A stretch of 64,000 bases of DNA, taken from Octopus vulgaris (taxonomy: Eukaryota). The DNA is taken from contig OX597814.1 in NCBI GenBank assembly GCA_951406725.2, positions 69,936,001 through 70,000,000 of the forward strand, written 5' to 3'. Both the position numbers and the translations under genes were made by a program. This document shows positions 13,546-26,396 of the stretch, piece by piece. Position 1 is the first letter of the stretch. Each line of letters starts with the position of its first letter. The notes under the pieces are model-generated. The model saw nothing but the letters and a program-made list of their open reading frames with translations. It was not told the DNA's origin and ran no database searches.

Positions 13546-16500
13546 GTCATTGCCTCGGTAAGGCTCAATGTTCAAAGGTCTGGCTTCACCACCTCATCCC
13601 AGGTCTTCCTGGATCTACCTCTTCCACAGGTTCCCTCAATAGCTAGGGTGCGACACTTTTTCACACAGCTGTCCTCATTCATTCGCAACACATGACCATA
13701 CCAGCGCAGTCGTCTCTCTTGCACACCACATCTGATGCTTCTTAGGTCCAACTTATCTCTCAAGGTACTTACACTCTGTTGAGTATGCACACTGACATTA
13801 CACATCCATCAGATCATACTGGCTTCATTCCTTGCGAGCTTACACATGTCCTCAGCAATCACGACCCAAGTTTCACTGCCATGTAGCATGGCTGTTCATA
13901 CACATGTATCTAACAGTCTACCTTTTACTCTGAGCGAGAGGCCCTTTGTCACCAGCAGAGGTAAGAGCTCTCTGAATTTTGCCCAGGCTATTCTTATTCT
14001 AGCAGCTACACTTTCAGCGCACCCTCCCTGCTACTAACTTGGTCACCTAGGTAATGGAAGCTATCAACTACTTCTAGTTTTTCTCCCTGGAATGAGAAAG
14101 AAGCTGTTCTTTGCACATTTTCAGTGTTTATCGCTCCTGAGCATCTGCCACATACAAAAACTATCTTCCTAGTTAGCCTTCCTTTGATGTTGCTTCAGCA
14201 CTTAGGTGTCCATAGCTTACACTGGAGATATCTTATGGAGTTTCTACCTATGCCTTTTCTACAGATCGAGCAGGGCCATCTGCCTGAAGGGATTTGTGGT
14301 TTGTCTTCTTTTCTACTTATTAAGACTTTGGCTTTAGCTACGTTGACTCTAAGGCCCTTTGATTCTAATCCTTGCTTTCACAGCTGAAACTTTTCCTCTA
14401 GTTCTGATAGTGACTCAGCAATTAGAGCAAGGTTATCAGCATAGAGGAGCTCCCAGGGCATCCTGTGTTGAATTCCTCTGCTATTGCCTAGAGGACTATG
14501 ATGAATAAGAGGGGGCTGAGGACTGATCCTTGGTGGACACCCACCCCTACTTGGAATTCTTCACTGTACTCGTTGCCAACGCTCACCTTAATGACAACAT
14601 CCCTGTACATGTCATGCACAGCTCTCACTAACCATTCATCTATCCATAGTTTCTTCATTGATCACCAGATAAGGGATCAGGGAACACTGTCAAAGGCTTT
14701 CTCCATGTCAACAAATGCCAGGTACAGAGGTTTATCTTTGGCTAGGTATTTCTCTTGCAGCTGTCTTACTAGAAATATACTTTTCTACTCTAGGCACGAG
14801 GCACGAAATTTTGTGGGAGAGGGCCAGTCAATTAGATCGACCCTAGTATGCAACTGGTACTTAATTTATCGACCCTGAAAGGATGAAAGGCAAAGTCTAC
14901 CTTAGTGGAATTTGAACTCAGAAGGTAACGGCAGACGAAATACCGCTAAGGATTTCGCCCAGTGTGCTAACGTTTCTGCCAGCTCGCTGCCTTGTCTTAC
15001 TAGAAATATAGCATCAGTGGTACTTTACTCTGGCACAAACTCAAACAGCATCTCATCTAAAGTGACTCTCTCCCTAATTACTTGGGCTATGACCCTCTCT
15101 GTGACCTTCATTACCTGATCCAATAACTTGATACCTCTGTAATTATTTGTATCTAAAGCATCACCTTTACTTGACACCTCTGTAATTATTTGAATCTAAA
15201 GCATCGCCTTTACATTTGTAGCAGTTGACTATGGTGTTGCTATACTAGTCATTGGATATGACTCCTTCATGTATCATCTGGTTAACTATACGGGTGACTA
15301 GGTTATAGCTGACACCACTAGATATTTTGAACATCTCTGCAGTGATTCCTGATGGGCCAGGGCCTTTCCCTGTCTTCATACCTTTAATTGCTTTATCTAC
15401 CAAGGTACTCCCAATTTAGATAGCTGGTCCCTCTGTTGGGTCAGCATTCGGCAGACTCTCTTTCTCCCATTCATTCTCTTTTTTTAGCAACCTTTCATAG
15501 TGGTGTCTCCAAACCTCTCTCTTTGCATCCTCATTTAATGCAAGTGAGCTGTCATCCATGCAGACACACTTCTCTCCTATGACATCATGATTCTCTTTCA
15601 CACTCTGTCTTGCAACACAAAATACCTTGTTTTTGGTCCTCACAGCACAGAACACTGGCAAATTTTTTATCTGCTTCTCCTCTGGCTAAATAAACATGTC
15701 TCCTAGCTTCCCTTCTGGCAGTTTGATACGATTCCCTGCTACCACTGTTCTTCCAGACCTTCCAAGCCTGTTTCTTTTCCCTAATAGCCCTGTCAACAAC
15801 ATTGTTCCGCCACCACATTACCTTGGGTCGAGAGGGAACTTTGCACCATCTACAGATCTGGTCAGTGGCCCTCAGCAGGTTGTCCCATAGAAACCTCCAG
15901 TTGTCTTCCACATCATGTGGTGCTATATCACCCCCTATTTCATCAAAAGCTGTAATATGTCTCTAAATTTCTGTCCATTTGCTGGGTCTTTAAGCTTCCA
16001 GACCCTTCTCCTCCCTGCTGGGTGCCTTCTGGGCATCCATTTAGCCCTGATCCTGAAGTCGCTAACTACCAGTCTATGTTGTGGGGTACATTCTTCGCCT
16101 GGGACAGTTTTGGCATTTATAAGCAGCCACCATTCCTTTTTTCTGGTGAGGATGTAGTCAATTTGGCTAGTGTGTCTACCAGAACAGTAGGTGACAAGGT
16201 GACTGGCAGGTTTCCTGAAGTTAGCATTGCAAACCATAAGATCATTTGCATCACATAACTCCAGCAGCCTGGTTCCCTCCTCATTGCAGGAACCAAAACA
16301 TAGCCTCCATGTACACCATGGAAGCCCCCTGTATGTTGTCCAACATGTCCATTGAAGTCACCAGCCACAAAGAGAAGGTCCCTATCATTTGTCAACGAGG
16401 TAGTCTGCAAGTGTGTGTCATAAAATTGTCTTTCTGTCCATCAGGTAGCCCCGGCTGAGGAGCATAGGCCGAGATAATGGTTGCTAACCCATGATGTAGC

Positions 16501-16840
16501 ACTAATCTAAACTTAAGTATTCTATCGCATACTCTGACTACCTCAATTACCTTATTAATCCATTTCTCCACAAGAAGTATACCCGCGCTCTTGAACCTGT
16601 CAGTGTTCCCTGCCCAGAAAATCTTGTACCTCTGTTCTTTGCCTGTGAGGAACCTAGCGGAAGCTCCTCTCCACCTTACTTCTTGGAGGCAGCACAAATC
16701 TACACGTCTCCGATCAAGCATCTCAACAATCTCACCAGACCTACTTTTCAGTGTGCCCACACTGAGTGTGCCAACTCTGAGGGTGTGGGAGGTGTGGGCC
16801 CGTGAGACCCTGGGATGGGGGACAGTAGCATCATGTACCT
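13546..16840 (-). mobile_element. RTE-clade LINE with a near-complete but decayed ORF (APE + RT); 3' UTR missing
   Basis: LRVGTLSVGTL, DLCCLQEVRW, IISAYAPQ, VAGDFNGHVG, QIDYIL, RT motifs, and RLRWYGHVLRM...GRGRSRKTW. Confidence 0.93.
14780..14992 (-). mobile_element. tRNA-derived SINE inserted in the RTE with an 18-bp TSD
   Basis: A box TGGCAGAAACGTT, B box GAGTTCAAATTCC, central GCCTTTCATCCTTTCAGGGTCGATAAATTAAGTACC. TSD TGTCTTACTAGAAATATA at 14762-14779 and 14993-15010. Confidence 0.9.
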
Positions 16841-17733
16841 GAAAAGAAAGCTTGCATTTAGCAGAATTCATAAACAAACAATAGCCTTCAACCTGCATAC
16901 ACTACACGATCATTTTTATGCACTATGTGAACACTATCTTACATAGGAGATAAACCCTAAGTAGGAGTGGGGATGGTGTTAAGCCTTTAGAAGTGTTCAC
17001 GGGAGACAACCAAAGGATGACAGAGGATAGGGACTTCTGGTACAGTTGGTGGGGGTAGAAAGGTGGGCGTACCGTGAAATAGCAAAAAATTAGACAAGAG
17101 CCTCTCCTGGATTCGTATTCTTTTGGGGGGAGTTATTAAAATGTAGTAGGGGAATCTAAGTGCGTGCGCAAGTTTATATAGTGTGGGGTGGTGGGGGAGG
17201 GGAAAGTGTTGGCAAAGCATGGCCAGATTTAGGGTGGTCAGGGATAGAACACGAGGGGGAAAAATATTCTTTTGAGATTTTGGGTAACATAATTTAATGA
17301 AACAGCAAATGTTGATAATAGTGAAATAAAAGTGAAAAATTTTAGAATTTTCGGTCAGACAAAATTAGAGAAATAAGTGATGATGTGACAAACTTCAATA
17401 AATGAATAGGTGATGAATAGAGAATGCGCGTGAAGGAACTTAAGTTTGTTTTAAGACAACAGCAAGGAAGACGAAACTATGTTTACATGATAATGGATGT
17501 GGAAAATTTGGCAGAAACACCTGTAAGTGTTTATTTATACACTCATTTATTCTTATTTATTTATTGTTATTTATATATTTATTTACTTAGTTATTTGCTT
17601 ATTTCATTCATTTATTTGGATCAATTACACATATGGTCTAATCAATTAATAAATAGATATAATTGAATGTTTACAGGCTCATGTTTGTTGATTGTTTATC
17701 CTTTCTATTTTCTTATTTGCCTTACATATATAC

Positions 17734-17769
<36 letters not shown>

Positions 17770-17770
<1 letters not shown>

Positions 17771-18630
17771 CGGGAAGCTTTATGAAAATAAACAAAAGAC
17801 GAAGGCAGGTGGAAAACAAACGAACAATTGTATTAGTATGGCGCTCAGGAAATATAAATAAAACAAGTCTTTAACGTTTCGAGCCTACGCTCTTCAACAG
17901 AAAGATACACAGAGAGAGAAAAACACAGAAAGAAGGAGAGAAAAAAATGCGTGCAGTAGCTAACGAATCAACATGGCGATCTGATTTCGGCCAGAGGTCA
18001 AAGATCAAACATGAGACGCGAGAGCGAAATAAGGGGAGATAATAGGGTTGAGGGACCAGCTAAAAGTGCGTGGGAGGGGTCTGGATGTGTATGTATAGGG
18101 TTGGTGTATGTATTAGTATGTATAAGGGGTGTGTGTGTGTGTGTGTGTGTGTATGAGAGAGTATCAGTGCGTGGGATTGGTCTGGACGTGCGTATGTATG
18201 GGGTTGGTGTATGTATTAGTATGTATTAGTACGTATTGGTATGTATAGGTGTGTGTGTGTGTGTGTGAGAGAGTATAAGTGCGTATGCGGGGTCTGGACG
18301 TGTGTATGTATAGGGTTGGTGTAAGTATTAGTATGTACTAGTATGTATTAGTACGTATTAGTATGTATTAGTTGGTGTGTGTATTAGTATGGCACATCAT
18401 ATGTGATGTGATGTGTAAAGTCATGTGGTGTAGTGAGGAGAAGAGGGGAGGGGAGAAGAGGGGGAGAAGGGGAGGGGAAGAAGAGGGGGAGGGGAGGGTG
18501 AAGAGGAGAGGATGGGGAGAAGGAAGGGGAGGAGAGGGATGAAGGAGGAAAGAGGGAGAGGGGGTCGGGGTGAGTACTTGATAATTATAAGCACCTGTGT
18601 ATACCGTTTGGTGGTGTAGGTGGTGGAGTA
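17770..18630 (-). mobile_element. Non-coding PLE pLTR/3' UTR relic carrying a hammerhead (same family as 56745-56890)
   Basis: 17770-17950 aligns with 56745-56890. Abuts (TA)n and continues into GT- and GA-rich simple sequence. Confidence 0.6.
17868..17905 (-). ncRNA. Minimal hammerhead ribozyme, A6U core variant
   Basis: UCUUU CUGUUGA A GAGC-GUAG-GCUC GAAA CG UU AAAGA. Stems I and II pair perfectly. Confidence 0.7.
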
Positions 18631-18666
18631 AATTGATCAAAATAAAAACATGATGCGAAGGACTCA

Positions 18667-18744
18667 GCGGTACATATGTTTCGGGCCTTTATTAGACAGA
18701 TTTATAACAATGCATAATGTATGTTTGTGGCCTTCTTCAGCCGC
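18667..18744 (-). ncRNA. Type I hammerhead ribozyme (intact core)
   Basis: GCGG CUGAAGA AGGCC...GGCCC GAAA CAUAUG UA CCGC. Stem I GCGG/CCGC, palindromic stem III ACAUAUGU, GUA cleavage triplet. Confidence 0.8.
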
Positions 18745-18999
18745 GCACAACAGCTTCCACAAGGACATGTGTTACATCAAAAATTCTTGGTTGGGGATGC
18801 AAATCCTCTCATTCGCGTACGACATAATGCGGCAGCAGCATAGAATTGAAGCGTCCATCTCATTCTACATTGAGAGAAGAAAGAGATGGACGCTTCAATT
18901 CTATGCTGCTGCCGCATTATGTCGTACGCGAATGAGAGGATTTGCATCCCCAACCAAGAATTTTTAATGTAACACATGTCCTTGTGGAAGCTGTTGTGC

Positions 19000-19077
19000 G
19001 TGGCTGAAGAAGGCCACAGACATACATTATGCATTGTTATAAATCTGTCTAATAAAGGCCCAAAACATATGTACCGC
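19000..19077 (+). ncRNA. Mirror hammerhead copy with G12A (probably inactive)
   Basis: GTGG CTGAAGA AGGCC...GGCCC AAAA CATATG TA CCGC. Confidence 0.65.
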
Positions 19078-19214
19078 TGAGTCCTTCGCATCATGTTTTT
19101 ATTTTGATCAATTATATATATATATATATGTAGGTCCCAGGTTGAGTTGGGGTTAACCACAGTAAATAAGGTACTCAATACATAGCAGAGTAAATTAATT
19201 TATTTTATAGAAGG

Positions 19215-19265
19215 AGCTTCTACAGGACTAGAACTGTTTCATTCAAAAGAAATCATCAGGAAGCT
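19215..19265 (-). ncRNA. Type I hammerhead ribozyme (left arm)
   Basis: AGCUUC CUGAUGA UUUC-UUUU-GAAU GAAA CAG-UUCUAGUC-CUG UA GAAGCU. 6-bp stem I, closed stem III, weak stem II. Confidence 0.75.
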
Positions 19266-20497
19266 AGGTGACAAGAATAGTTTTGGCATTTATACATTTA
19301 GGCAGGTTTAAAGGGGTGGTGGTGGGGGACTTTTTGGGGTAGGCATGGCACAAACTATCATTCTTAGGGGAGTGGTCAAAGGAATCAGGGATAAAGTAGA
19401 TAAAAGAATAAATAGAATAATAGAGTTTTAGGTAAATAAGGAGACTCTCACTTATACATATATATATATATATATACATATACACACACACACACATATA
19501 TATATATGCATATATACATACATATATATATATATATACATATATACATACACATACACACATACATCCATATACACATGTACATATGCACCCATTTACA
19601 TACATCTACATACACACCCATACTCATACTCATACATACACACATATATATAAAAATAAATATAAAAGAGGATATACACCCTCATACACACACGCTCACA
19701 TATCTATATATATATATATATATACACACATACATACACACACTTATATATATATATACATATATATACATACACATACATATGCATATACATGCACACA
19801 CATACACACACATTTCTTCCCTAATTTTAATTTTATTTTTATTTTCATTTTTATTTTTATTTTTATTTTGACCTCGACCAACCAGGCCGGCACTGAAGTA
19901 AGGTCCTCCCTAGGGAGCTAGCCTAGCTGGCCTAAAGAAACCATTTATTGCCCCTCTCCCTTCCTTTCTATCTTTCTTCCCACTGATACGAACACAAACA
20001 CTCACACATGCACACACACTCACACGCACACTCATACACATACACAAACGCACGTGTTATATTCATACATACATAAGTGTACCGACTTTCACATAAACGT
20101 ACACATAACTATGTACACACAAAACCACATATATAAATGTACTTCAGTACACATAAACACACATGAACATCTGCCCGCATATATAGACGCATATGCCTAT
20201 ATACAGACATTTGTGCATATAAACATACATACGCATATATACGCATCCATACGCCTTTAAGTACATATTAGCACACATGCACGCATACACGTGTACATAA
20301 AAGCATGCCTACATATATCTACCTACACACATACATATACATACATGCACGTATATACACATACGTACACGTACCTACAAATTCATATCTACACGCATAC
20401 ACATACATACATCTACACACACACAGAAGACTAGTCCATATATATACACAAATATATATATACATATATATATATATACATATACATATATATACAT

Positions 20498-20530
<33 letters not shown>

Positions 20531-20700
20531 CACGCATGCATATACCTACATATACATACACATATATACTTACACCAGTCATATACATACCTACATACAC
20601 ATACATCCATATATCTATACATATACATACACATATATATTCACATGCACACACTAATACACATACGCATATCTATGCACATACACGCATACACATCTAT

Positions 20701-21237
20701 CACGCCCAATCTAGCCAGGAACCTAGCTAATAATAACGTGAAAAAACTTAATAAATCTACTTTTTCCGAGGCCCATCCAACATCCGAAAGCAATTGCAAC
20801 TGCCCTGATAAAACCACTTGCCCCCTCAACAACAACTGCCTACAGAAGGACCTCGTCTACACATGCGAGGTACGATCAGGCCCCGATGATAAAAGAAAAT
20901 CGTACATCGGAATGACGTCAAACAGCTTTAAGACTCGTTGGTACGCCCACACACATTCGTTCCGGCAACCTGACAAATCTAACCAAACTACCCCTGCCGC
21001 CCACATCTGGTACCTTAAAAGGAACTCCATCCCCTTCAAGATCAAGTGGAGACTACTACAGAGGCGCGTTCGTACACAGGAGGCCATACCTGCTGTGACC
21101 TTTGCATTTCTGAGAGCCTGGAGATCTTGTTCGCCAAAGGCCCTCTCCTCATCAAGATATCGGAACACTCCCCAAATTGTATGCACAAAATTTACGCAAA
21201 CTACAAAAACTACAGACCCACCCGGCAACCCGATTGA
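20701..21237 (+). pseudogene. PLE GIY-YIG endonuclease fragment (Naiad-like Cys motifs), one frameshift
   Basis: CNCPDKTTCPLNNNC, LVYTCEV...SYIGMTSNSFKTRWYAH, HIWYLK...IKWRLL, then in a shifted frame CDLCISESLEILF. Confidence 0.85.
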
Positions 21238-21458
21238 CGACACTCCACCCACAAACCCCCCAACCCCACCGTTCCTTCAACACCCCCAATTACCTTCTCT
21301 CCTAAGACTATTCACATATTGTATATGTACACATGTATATATGTATAGGTATGTATGGGTGTAGGTATGAATATACGTATGTATGTGTGTGCGTGTATTT
21401 ACATACGTGTATATATATGTATATATGTATATATATATGTGTATATATATGTATGTGG

Positions 21459-21489
<31 letters not shown>

Positions 21490-21834
21490 CTTGTGTGTTT
21501 ATGTATATGTAGGTATGTAGATTTATGTGTATGTGTTTATATGTATGTAGGTATATATACATATGTGTAAATAGGTATATATGTGTATGTTTATATGTAT
21601 GTATTCGTCTGTATGATGGGTAATTGCATATATATATTTATTATTTATTATTTGAGTATGCATGTATGTATATATGTATATGTTTGTATGCATGTATGTA
21701 TTTATGTATATATAGATGCGCGTGTGTGTGTGTATGTGTATGCATATGTATATACATATGTATACATTTATGTATGCGTATGTGTATTGGTGTATATATG
21801 TGTATATATGTGTATTTGTGTGCGTTCGTGTGTG

Positions 21835-21878
<44 letters not shown>

Positions 21879-22387
21879 ATATATATGTGTGTATATATAT
21901 GTGTGTATATGCCTGTATACCTCTGTGTGGATGTATGTATGTATATGGGTGTGCGTACGGATGTATATGTATGTGTATGTAGATGTGTGTGTATGTATAT
22001 GTATGTGTATATATATTTATATATACATGTGTGTATATATGTGTATGTGTATATATATGTATATATGTATGGGTATATATGTGTATATGTATGTATGTAT
22101 GTGTATGTGTGTATATGTATGGACTTGTTGGGTTTCTTTTTTTATATATGTAGATAGATGTGTGTGCGTGTATGTGCGTAGATATGCGTATGTGTATTAG
22201 TATGTGCATGTGAATATATGTGTATGTATGTGTATAGATATATGGATGTATGTGTATGTAGGTATGTATATGACTGGTGTAAGTATATATGTGTATGTAT
22301 ATGTAGGTATATGCGTGCGTGTATGTGTGTATATATATATATATATATGTATGTGTATATATATGTATATATATGTATATATATGTA

Positions 22388-22755
22388 TCTCTCTCTCTAT
22401 AAACGGCAGTTTGTCTGTGCGTGTTTCTGTGTGTCTGTTTGCTTGTACCTTCACCCTGACCACGGCTTTCAACCGATTCTGATGAAACTTGACACACACA
22501 TAGCCCAATGTCATAATTCATAACTAACGCAGCGAAAATTTTGAAAAGTTCCCCAGTTCTGAAAAAAATCGATAAATTATGGGGTCCAGAATCAGAAACA
22601 CAAACTGTCTAGGGACGCAACTCCACCTTTTTTTAACTAAAAAAAATTTACCATCATTTTTTTCCATTTTTTTGCTATTTTTTGCTATAACTCTCTAAAA
22701 ATGCTTTATAGTTATTTCCCTTACAAACCTGAGCAACGCCGGGCGATACTGCTAG
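22388..22755 (+). mobile_element. Non-autonomous Helitron
   Basis: 5' TC in (TA)n; 3' CCTGAGCAACGCCGGG hairpin plus CTAG|T, the same 3' end type as at 3755-3784 and 36661-36690. Absent from the left arm of the inverted repeat. Confidence 0.75.
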
Positions 22756-24010
22756 TATGTATATATATATGTATATATATATATTTGTGTATATATATGG
22801 ACTAGTCTTCTGTGTGTGTGTAGATGTATGTATGTGTATGCGTGTAGATATGAATTTGTAGGTACGTGTATGTATGTGTATATACGTGCATGTATGTATA
22901 TGTATGTGTGTAGGTAGATATATGTAGGTATGCTTTTATGTACACGTGTATGCGTGCATGTGTGCTAATATGTACTTAAAGGCGTATGGATGCGTATATA
23001 TGTGTATGTATGTTTATATGCACAAATGTCTGTATATAGGCATATGCGTCTATATATGCGGGCAGATGTTCATGTGTGTTTATATGTACTGAAGTACATT
23101 TATATATGTGGTTTTGTGTGTACATAGTTATGTGTACGTTTATGTGAAAGTCGGTACACTTATGTATGTATGAATATAACACGTGCGTTTGTGTATGTGT
23201 ATGAGTGTGCGTGCGAGTGTGTGTGCGTGTGTGAGTGTTTGTGTTCGTATCAGTGGGAAGAAAGATAGAAAGGAAGGGAGAGGGGCAAAAATGGTTTCTT
23301 TAGGCCAGCTAGGCTAGCTCCCTAGGGAGGACCTTACTTCAGTGCCGGCCTGGTTGGTCGAGGTCAAAATAAAAATGAAAATAAAAATAAAAATAAAATT
23401 AAAATTAGGGAAGAAATGTGTGTGTATGTGTGTGCATGTATATGCATATGTATGTGTATGTATATATGTATGTATATATATATATATATATGTATGTATA
23501 TATATATATATAAGTGTGTGCATGTGTGTGTATATATATATATATAGATATGTGAGCGTGTGTGTATGGGGGTGTATATCCTCTTTTATATTTATTTATA
23601 TATATATATGTGTGTAGATATATGTGTGTATGTATGAGTATGGGTATGGGTGTGTACGTAGATGTATGTAAATGGGTGCATATGTACATGTGTATATGGA
23701 TGTATGTGTGTATGTGTATGTATATATGTATATATATATATATATATATGTATGTATATATGTATACATATATATGTGTGTGTGTGTGTGTATATGTATA
23801 TATATATATATATATATATGTATAAGTAAGAGTCTCCTTATTTACCTAAAACTGTATTATTCTATTTATTCTTTTATCTACTTTATCACTGATTCCTTTG
23901 ACCACTCCCCTAAGAATGATAGTTTGTGCCATGCCTACTCCAAAAGTCCCCCACCACCACCCCTTTAAACCTGCCTAAATGTATAAATGCCAAAACTATT
24001 CTTGTCACCT

Positions 24011-24061
24011 AGCTTCCTGATGATTTCTTTTGAATGAAACAGTTCTAGTCCTGTAGAAGCT
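24011..24061 (+). ncRNA. Type I hammerhead ribozyme (right arm, identical to 19215-19265)
   Basis: AGCTTC CTGATGA TTTCTTTTGAAT GAAA CAGTTCTAGTCCTG TA GAAGCT. Confidence 0.75.
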
Positions 24062-24074
24062 CCTTCTATAAAAT

Positions 24075-24134
<60 letters not shown>

Positions 24135-24160
24135 TATATATAAAAATACATACATACATA

Positions 24161-24192
<32 letters not shown>

Positions 24193-25810
24193 TCCAACTG
24201 ACTTCTTTACCACTGCAGATATAAAAACAGAGGCAATGTTGATTGATTACATCGATATAAAGGAAGATGATGTAATGAGAGCTATAGATGATATGAACCC
24301 AAACTCACATACTAGCCCTGATGGATTCCCAGCAATCCTTCTAAAAGTATGTAAACGAGTCCTAGCAAGACCACTGCAGTCCTGCTTTCAGAGCTTCCTT
24401 GACTGGCAAACTTCCAAGAAAACTGAAGGGGGGTAAAATATGCCCTATTTATAAAGGGGGTAGCAGAGTGGAGGCCAAGAACTACAGACCTATCTCTCTC
24501 ACCTCACACATCAGCAAGGTCATAGAATGAATACTCAGAAGAAAATAATCACCTTCCTTGAAGAAAATGACTTGCGGCCTGACACCCAACATGGTTTCTG
24601 ACCAGGAAGAAGCTGCCTAACTCAGCTCCTACAACACTATGACTGGGTGCTGAAACAGCTGCTCAACCACTCAAATGTCTCGACTTTGCAAAGGCCTTTG
24701 ATAAAGTCGATCATGAAATGATATGTCATATACAGTGTGATCTTGGCATAGTTGGAAAATTGGGAGAATGGCTTCGTGACTTTCTGAAGAATAGAAGTCA
24801 GGTGGTTGTAGCCAATGGGGCCACCTCCAATAACACGCAAATAGTGAGCGAGAGCCACGATCACAAGTTAAGCAGATGATACAAAAGTTTCACAGGTAAC
24901 ACAGAACCTTGAAGACACTATGCATCTGCATTGTGAGCTGGACGAAATATACAAGTGTGCTGAAAAGAACAGCATGCAGTTTAATGCTGAAAAGTTTCAA
25001 GCTTTGTGCTATCAGCATGCAAAACTAAATGCAACACCCAATAAATACACTGGACCTGCAAAGATTGCAATCCCAGAGGCACAATCAGTGCAAGACCTGG
25101 GCATTTAAATGAGTAATGATGCAACCTTTCATGTGCATGTTGCTAAATTGGCAATGAAATGTAGGTGGCTGACCGGATAGATTCTTAGAACTTTTAGAAC
25201 AAGCGACCAGGAAGCCATGATGGTCCTCTGGAGGACACTTGTCCTAAGCCACTTTAACTATTGTTCTCAGCTATGGTCACCAACCAGTGTCAAATTAATC
25301 TCAGAACATAAGGCAATCCAATGAAGCTAAACAAAGAAGATAGCCTCTGTGCAGCATATAAGCTATAGGGAAATACTCAAGAGATTAAGACTCTTTTCCT
25401 TAGAGCATAGGCAAGAAAGATATGCCATAATATACATCTGGAATATCCTGGAAAGACTTGTCCCAAACTTTGGCATCGAGAGTTGTACAAATACTAGAAC
25501 TGGGCGCCACTGCATAGTGCCAAGGACTCCAAATTTGCCATCAAGATGTTGACAAGACACTACAATAGCCTGGACTTCAGAGGTCCACAGCTCTTCAATA
25601 TCCTCCCGAAGGACCTGAGAGACCTGCATGGGGTGGATGTAGGTGTCTTCAAAATAAAGCTGGACCACTTCGTGTCAGGTGTCCCAGATGAACCAACTTC
25701 GTGGCAGGAGGTGCAGATTAGAGCAGCTGCATCAAACTCTCTCATGCACCAAATGTCAATTGCTAAAAAGCATTTGTGAAGTAAAATTATGTAGCAAAAC
25801 CAAATGGGGA
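24193..25810 (+). mobile_element. 5'-truncated, decayed copy of the LINE at 60000-64000
   Basis: Collinear with 62224-63930, with internal deletions. Confidence 0.92.
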
Positions 25811-25840
25811 TGAGTTGAAACTGGATGAAATAAAAAAATA

Positions 25841-25891
<51 letters not shown>

Positions 25892-25894
<3 letters not shown>

Positions 25895-26340
25895 CAATAT
25901 AGGGTGGCAAAAAATTTTGTAGAATTTTTTTTTTTTTTTTTTTTTTGCCACCAGCGGCCTAGTGGAAAAAAATTAAATAGTCATAGACCATTTATAAGTT
26001 CAACATCACAATCAAGGAATGGCCATAATAGGCCATTCACCCACTAGAAATAACAGCCAAAGCTTCAACCGCAAAATAACATCAATTCCGCAAACCAGGA
26101 GAAAATTAAAAAATTTAAAATTACTGACGAATCTAAGGGCCTATGGAAGATTGGCTTGATTTAATTTAATCAGGTTAGTTTACCATTAAACAATAGATGA
26201 AACGGTGCATCGTATAAGAAATTACAGGGTAAATGTTTTTTTAATTTTCTCCTGGTTTGCGGAATTGATGTTATTTTGCGGTTGAAGCTTTGGCTGTTAT
26301 TTCGTGTGGGTGAATGGCCTATTATGGCCGTTCCTTGATT

Positions 26341-26345
<5 letters not shown>
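25892..26345 (+). mobile_element. Hammerhead-containing fold-back unit in (TA)n, copy 1
   Basis: Inverted repeats 26006-26113 / 26237-26345 flank a hammerhead. Shares a ~110-bp leader with copy 2. Confidence 0.8.
26121..26217 (+). ncRNA. Type I hammerhead ribozyme (stem I shortened to 3 bp)
   Basis: TTA CTGACGA ATCTA...TAGAT GAAA CGGTGCATCG TA TAA. Confidence 0.75.

Positions 26346-26396
<51 letters not shown>

Larger units (their letters stand above)
18631..19113. repeat. ~480-bp fold-back palindrome (two ~230-bp arms), each arm carrying a hammerhead
   Basis: 18631-18861 is the reverse complement of 18883-19113 with few mismatches. The identical predicted ORF on both strands reflects this. 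Confidence 0.95.
19200..24078 (+). mobile_element. 5'-truncated PLE with a ~1.5-kb inverted pLTR (arms 19200-20700 and 22152-24078) around a GIY-YIG fragment
   Basis: Unique islands among the microsatellites are reverse complements (19200-19450 vs 23825-24078; 19870-20280 vs 22935-23365). The right arm is interrupted by a Helitron. Confidence 0.88.

Noticed and set aside
18650-19178. Identical 105-aa ORF on both strands
   Set aside because: A consequence of the palindrome; no recognisable domain.
19264-24213. Numerous Y/I/C/V/H/T-rich ORFs
   Set aside because: Translations of (TA)n/(CA)n microsatellites, which lack stop codons; not genes.
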